Shown here piece by piece: positions 63,014 to 64,000 of a DNA stretch of 64,000 bases. Source of the DNA: Camelus ferus (lineage: Eukaryota); assembly GCF_009834535.1 (NCBI RefSeq), contig NC_045698.1, positions 250,001 to 314,000 of the forward strand. The letters run 5' to 3'. Within the stretch, counting starts at the first letter, position 1; each line of letters opens with the position of its first letter. The translations under genes and the position numbers were made by a program. Under the pieces are notes generated by a model. It worked only from the letters and a program-made list of their open reading frames with translations. It ran no database searches and had not been told where the DNA came from.

Positions 63014-64000
63014 GTAAGAATGTGGGCACAGTCGTGTGGAGTCCAGCTGGCATCTTGTGTAGAGTTCAGTGTCACTAGTTCTTTGAAGTTCATGGGTGGT
63101 TTTATTAACCCAAGGCAGGTCAGAGAGGTCCGTGCCTGAAGATGAGAGAGAGGTGGAGGTGACAGGGCATCTAATAACCTCGCTGCCCCCGACACCCCAC
63201 TAAAGCCCACACTGACCTGGCTGCAGCCCCAGGATCCTGTGGGTGGTAAGGACCCTCCAAAGGAGGGTGGGGGCAGCGGCCGTGGCTCGGATCAGAGGCC
63301 TCTCCATGACCCTGCTCAGCCTACAACGAGGCTGCCGGCCTTTCTCCACCCGGCAGAGGCCTGGGAGCTCCTACCAGGCACAGGGGACACCCGGGGACCA
63401 TGTGTGGAAGCCGCCTTGGCTGCCTGTCTCCCAAGGTCCTGTTCCCGGCCCATGCTTAGATGGCTTTTCCTGGGGTGTTGGGGGTGTTCTCAGAGCCATG
63501 TGTAATTCTGCTGTCTTTGCTTTAAAGTCAGGCTTTCTGTGTGATGCTGGTTTATGGAAGTGAGTGGTATTGGTATATGGAGAACTTTGTGAAACTTTCT
63601 CGCTGCCCCAGGACGTGTCTCCAGACCCCTTCAGTTCCCCCGTGGACAGTGGTTTCATCCTCTGGTTCTTACATGCCCGTGTGTGCTCTTCGTCCTGCAG
63701 CCCTGGCTTTGTCTGACTTTGACTCGTAATCTTAAAGGAGATTCCTCCAGCCCATCCCCCGGTGGTCCCTGTACAACTGTCAGGGAACCTTTGGTGGTTT
63801 AGAGGTCGGTGGGGCCAGCTCTGGTCAGTTTTGAACTTCCTGTTGCTTGTACAACTTTTGGTTCCACCTTTTATTTTTAGATACTGTGGACTGGGATTTA
63901 GTAGTTGGTGTCTGATGTGCCTCTGTGTGTCGTCCTTGGGCTTGGGCTTGTGGGCTCAGCCAGCCCCCAGCCTGGGCGGCTGCCTTGGCACACACGGCCC

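Noticed and set aside
1..64000. Novel multi-gene or prokaryotic-type system
   Set aside because: All convincing coding signal is explained by spliced AHRR and EXOC3 plus decayed L1; no operon, intact transposon or RNA gene is supported

Overview
This is mammalian genomic DNA, GC-rich with ancient L1, MLT1 and MIR relics. One tRNA-derived SINE resembles the camelid Vic-1 family, so the species is probably alpaca, llama or camel. The window holds two tandem + strand genes in the order known from human 5p15.33. The first is the 3' part of AHRR (aryl hydrocarbon receptor repressor): 8 coding exons at 11606-43883, 1868 nt of CDS, stop at 43883, probable poly(A) signal at 46740. The second is the 5' part of EXOC3 (Sec6): CpG-island promoter near 49.3 kb, non-coding exon 1, and 9 coding exons at 50582-63013 giving 592 codons; the gene runs off the window end. 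All exon boundaries are GT-AG and phase-consistent. I see no evidence for a novel protein-coding or prokaryotic-type system. The best leads are regulatory: XRE clusters in AHRR introns, a possible TATA-containing internal AHRR promoter, an orphan CpG island with an antisense first-exon signature, a minisatellite made of 5' splice-site/kB-like motifs, an EXOC3 uORF whose stop overlaps the main ATG, and an apparent AT-to-GC bias in EXOC3 amino-acid changes. Comparisons with human or rodent sequences are from memory and need an alignment to confirm.
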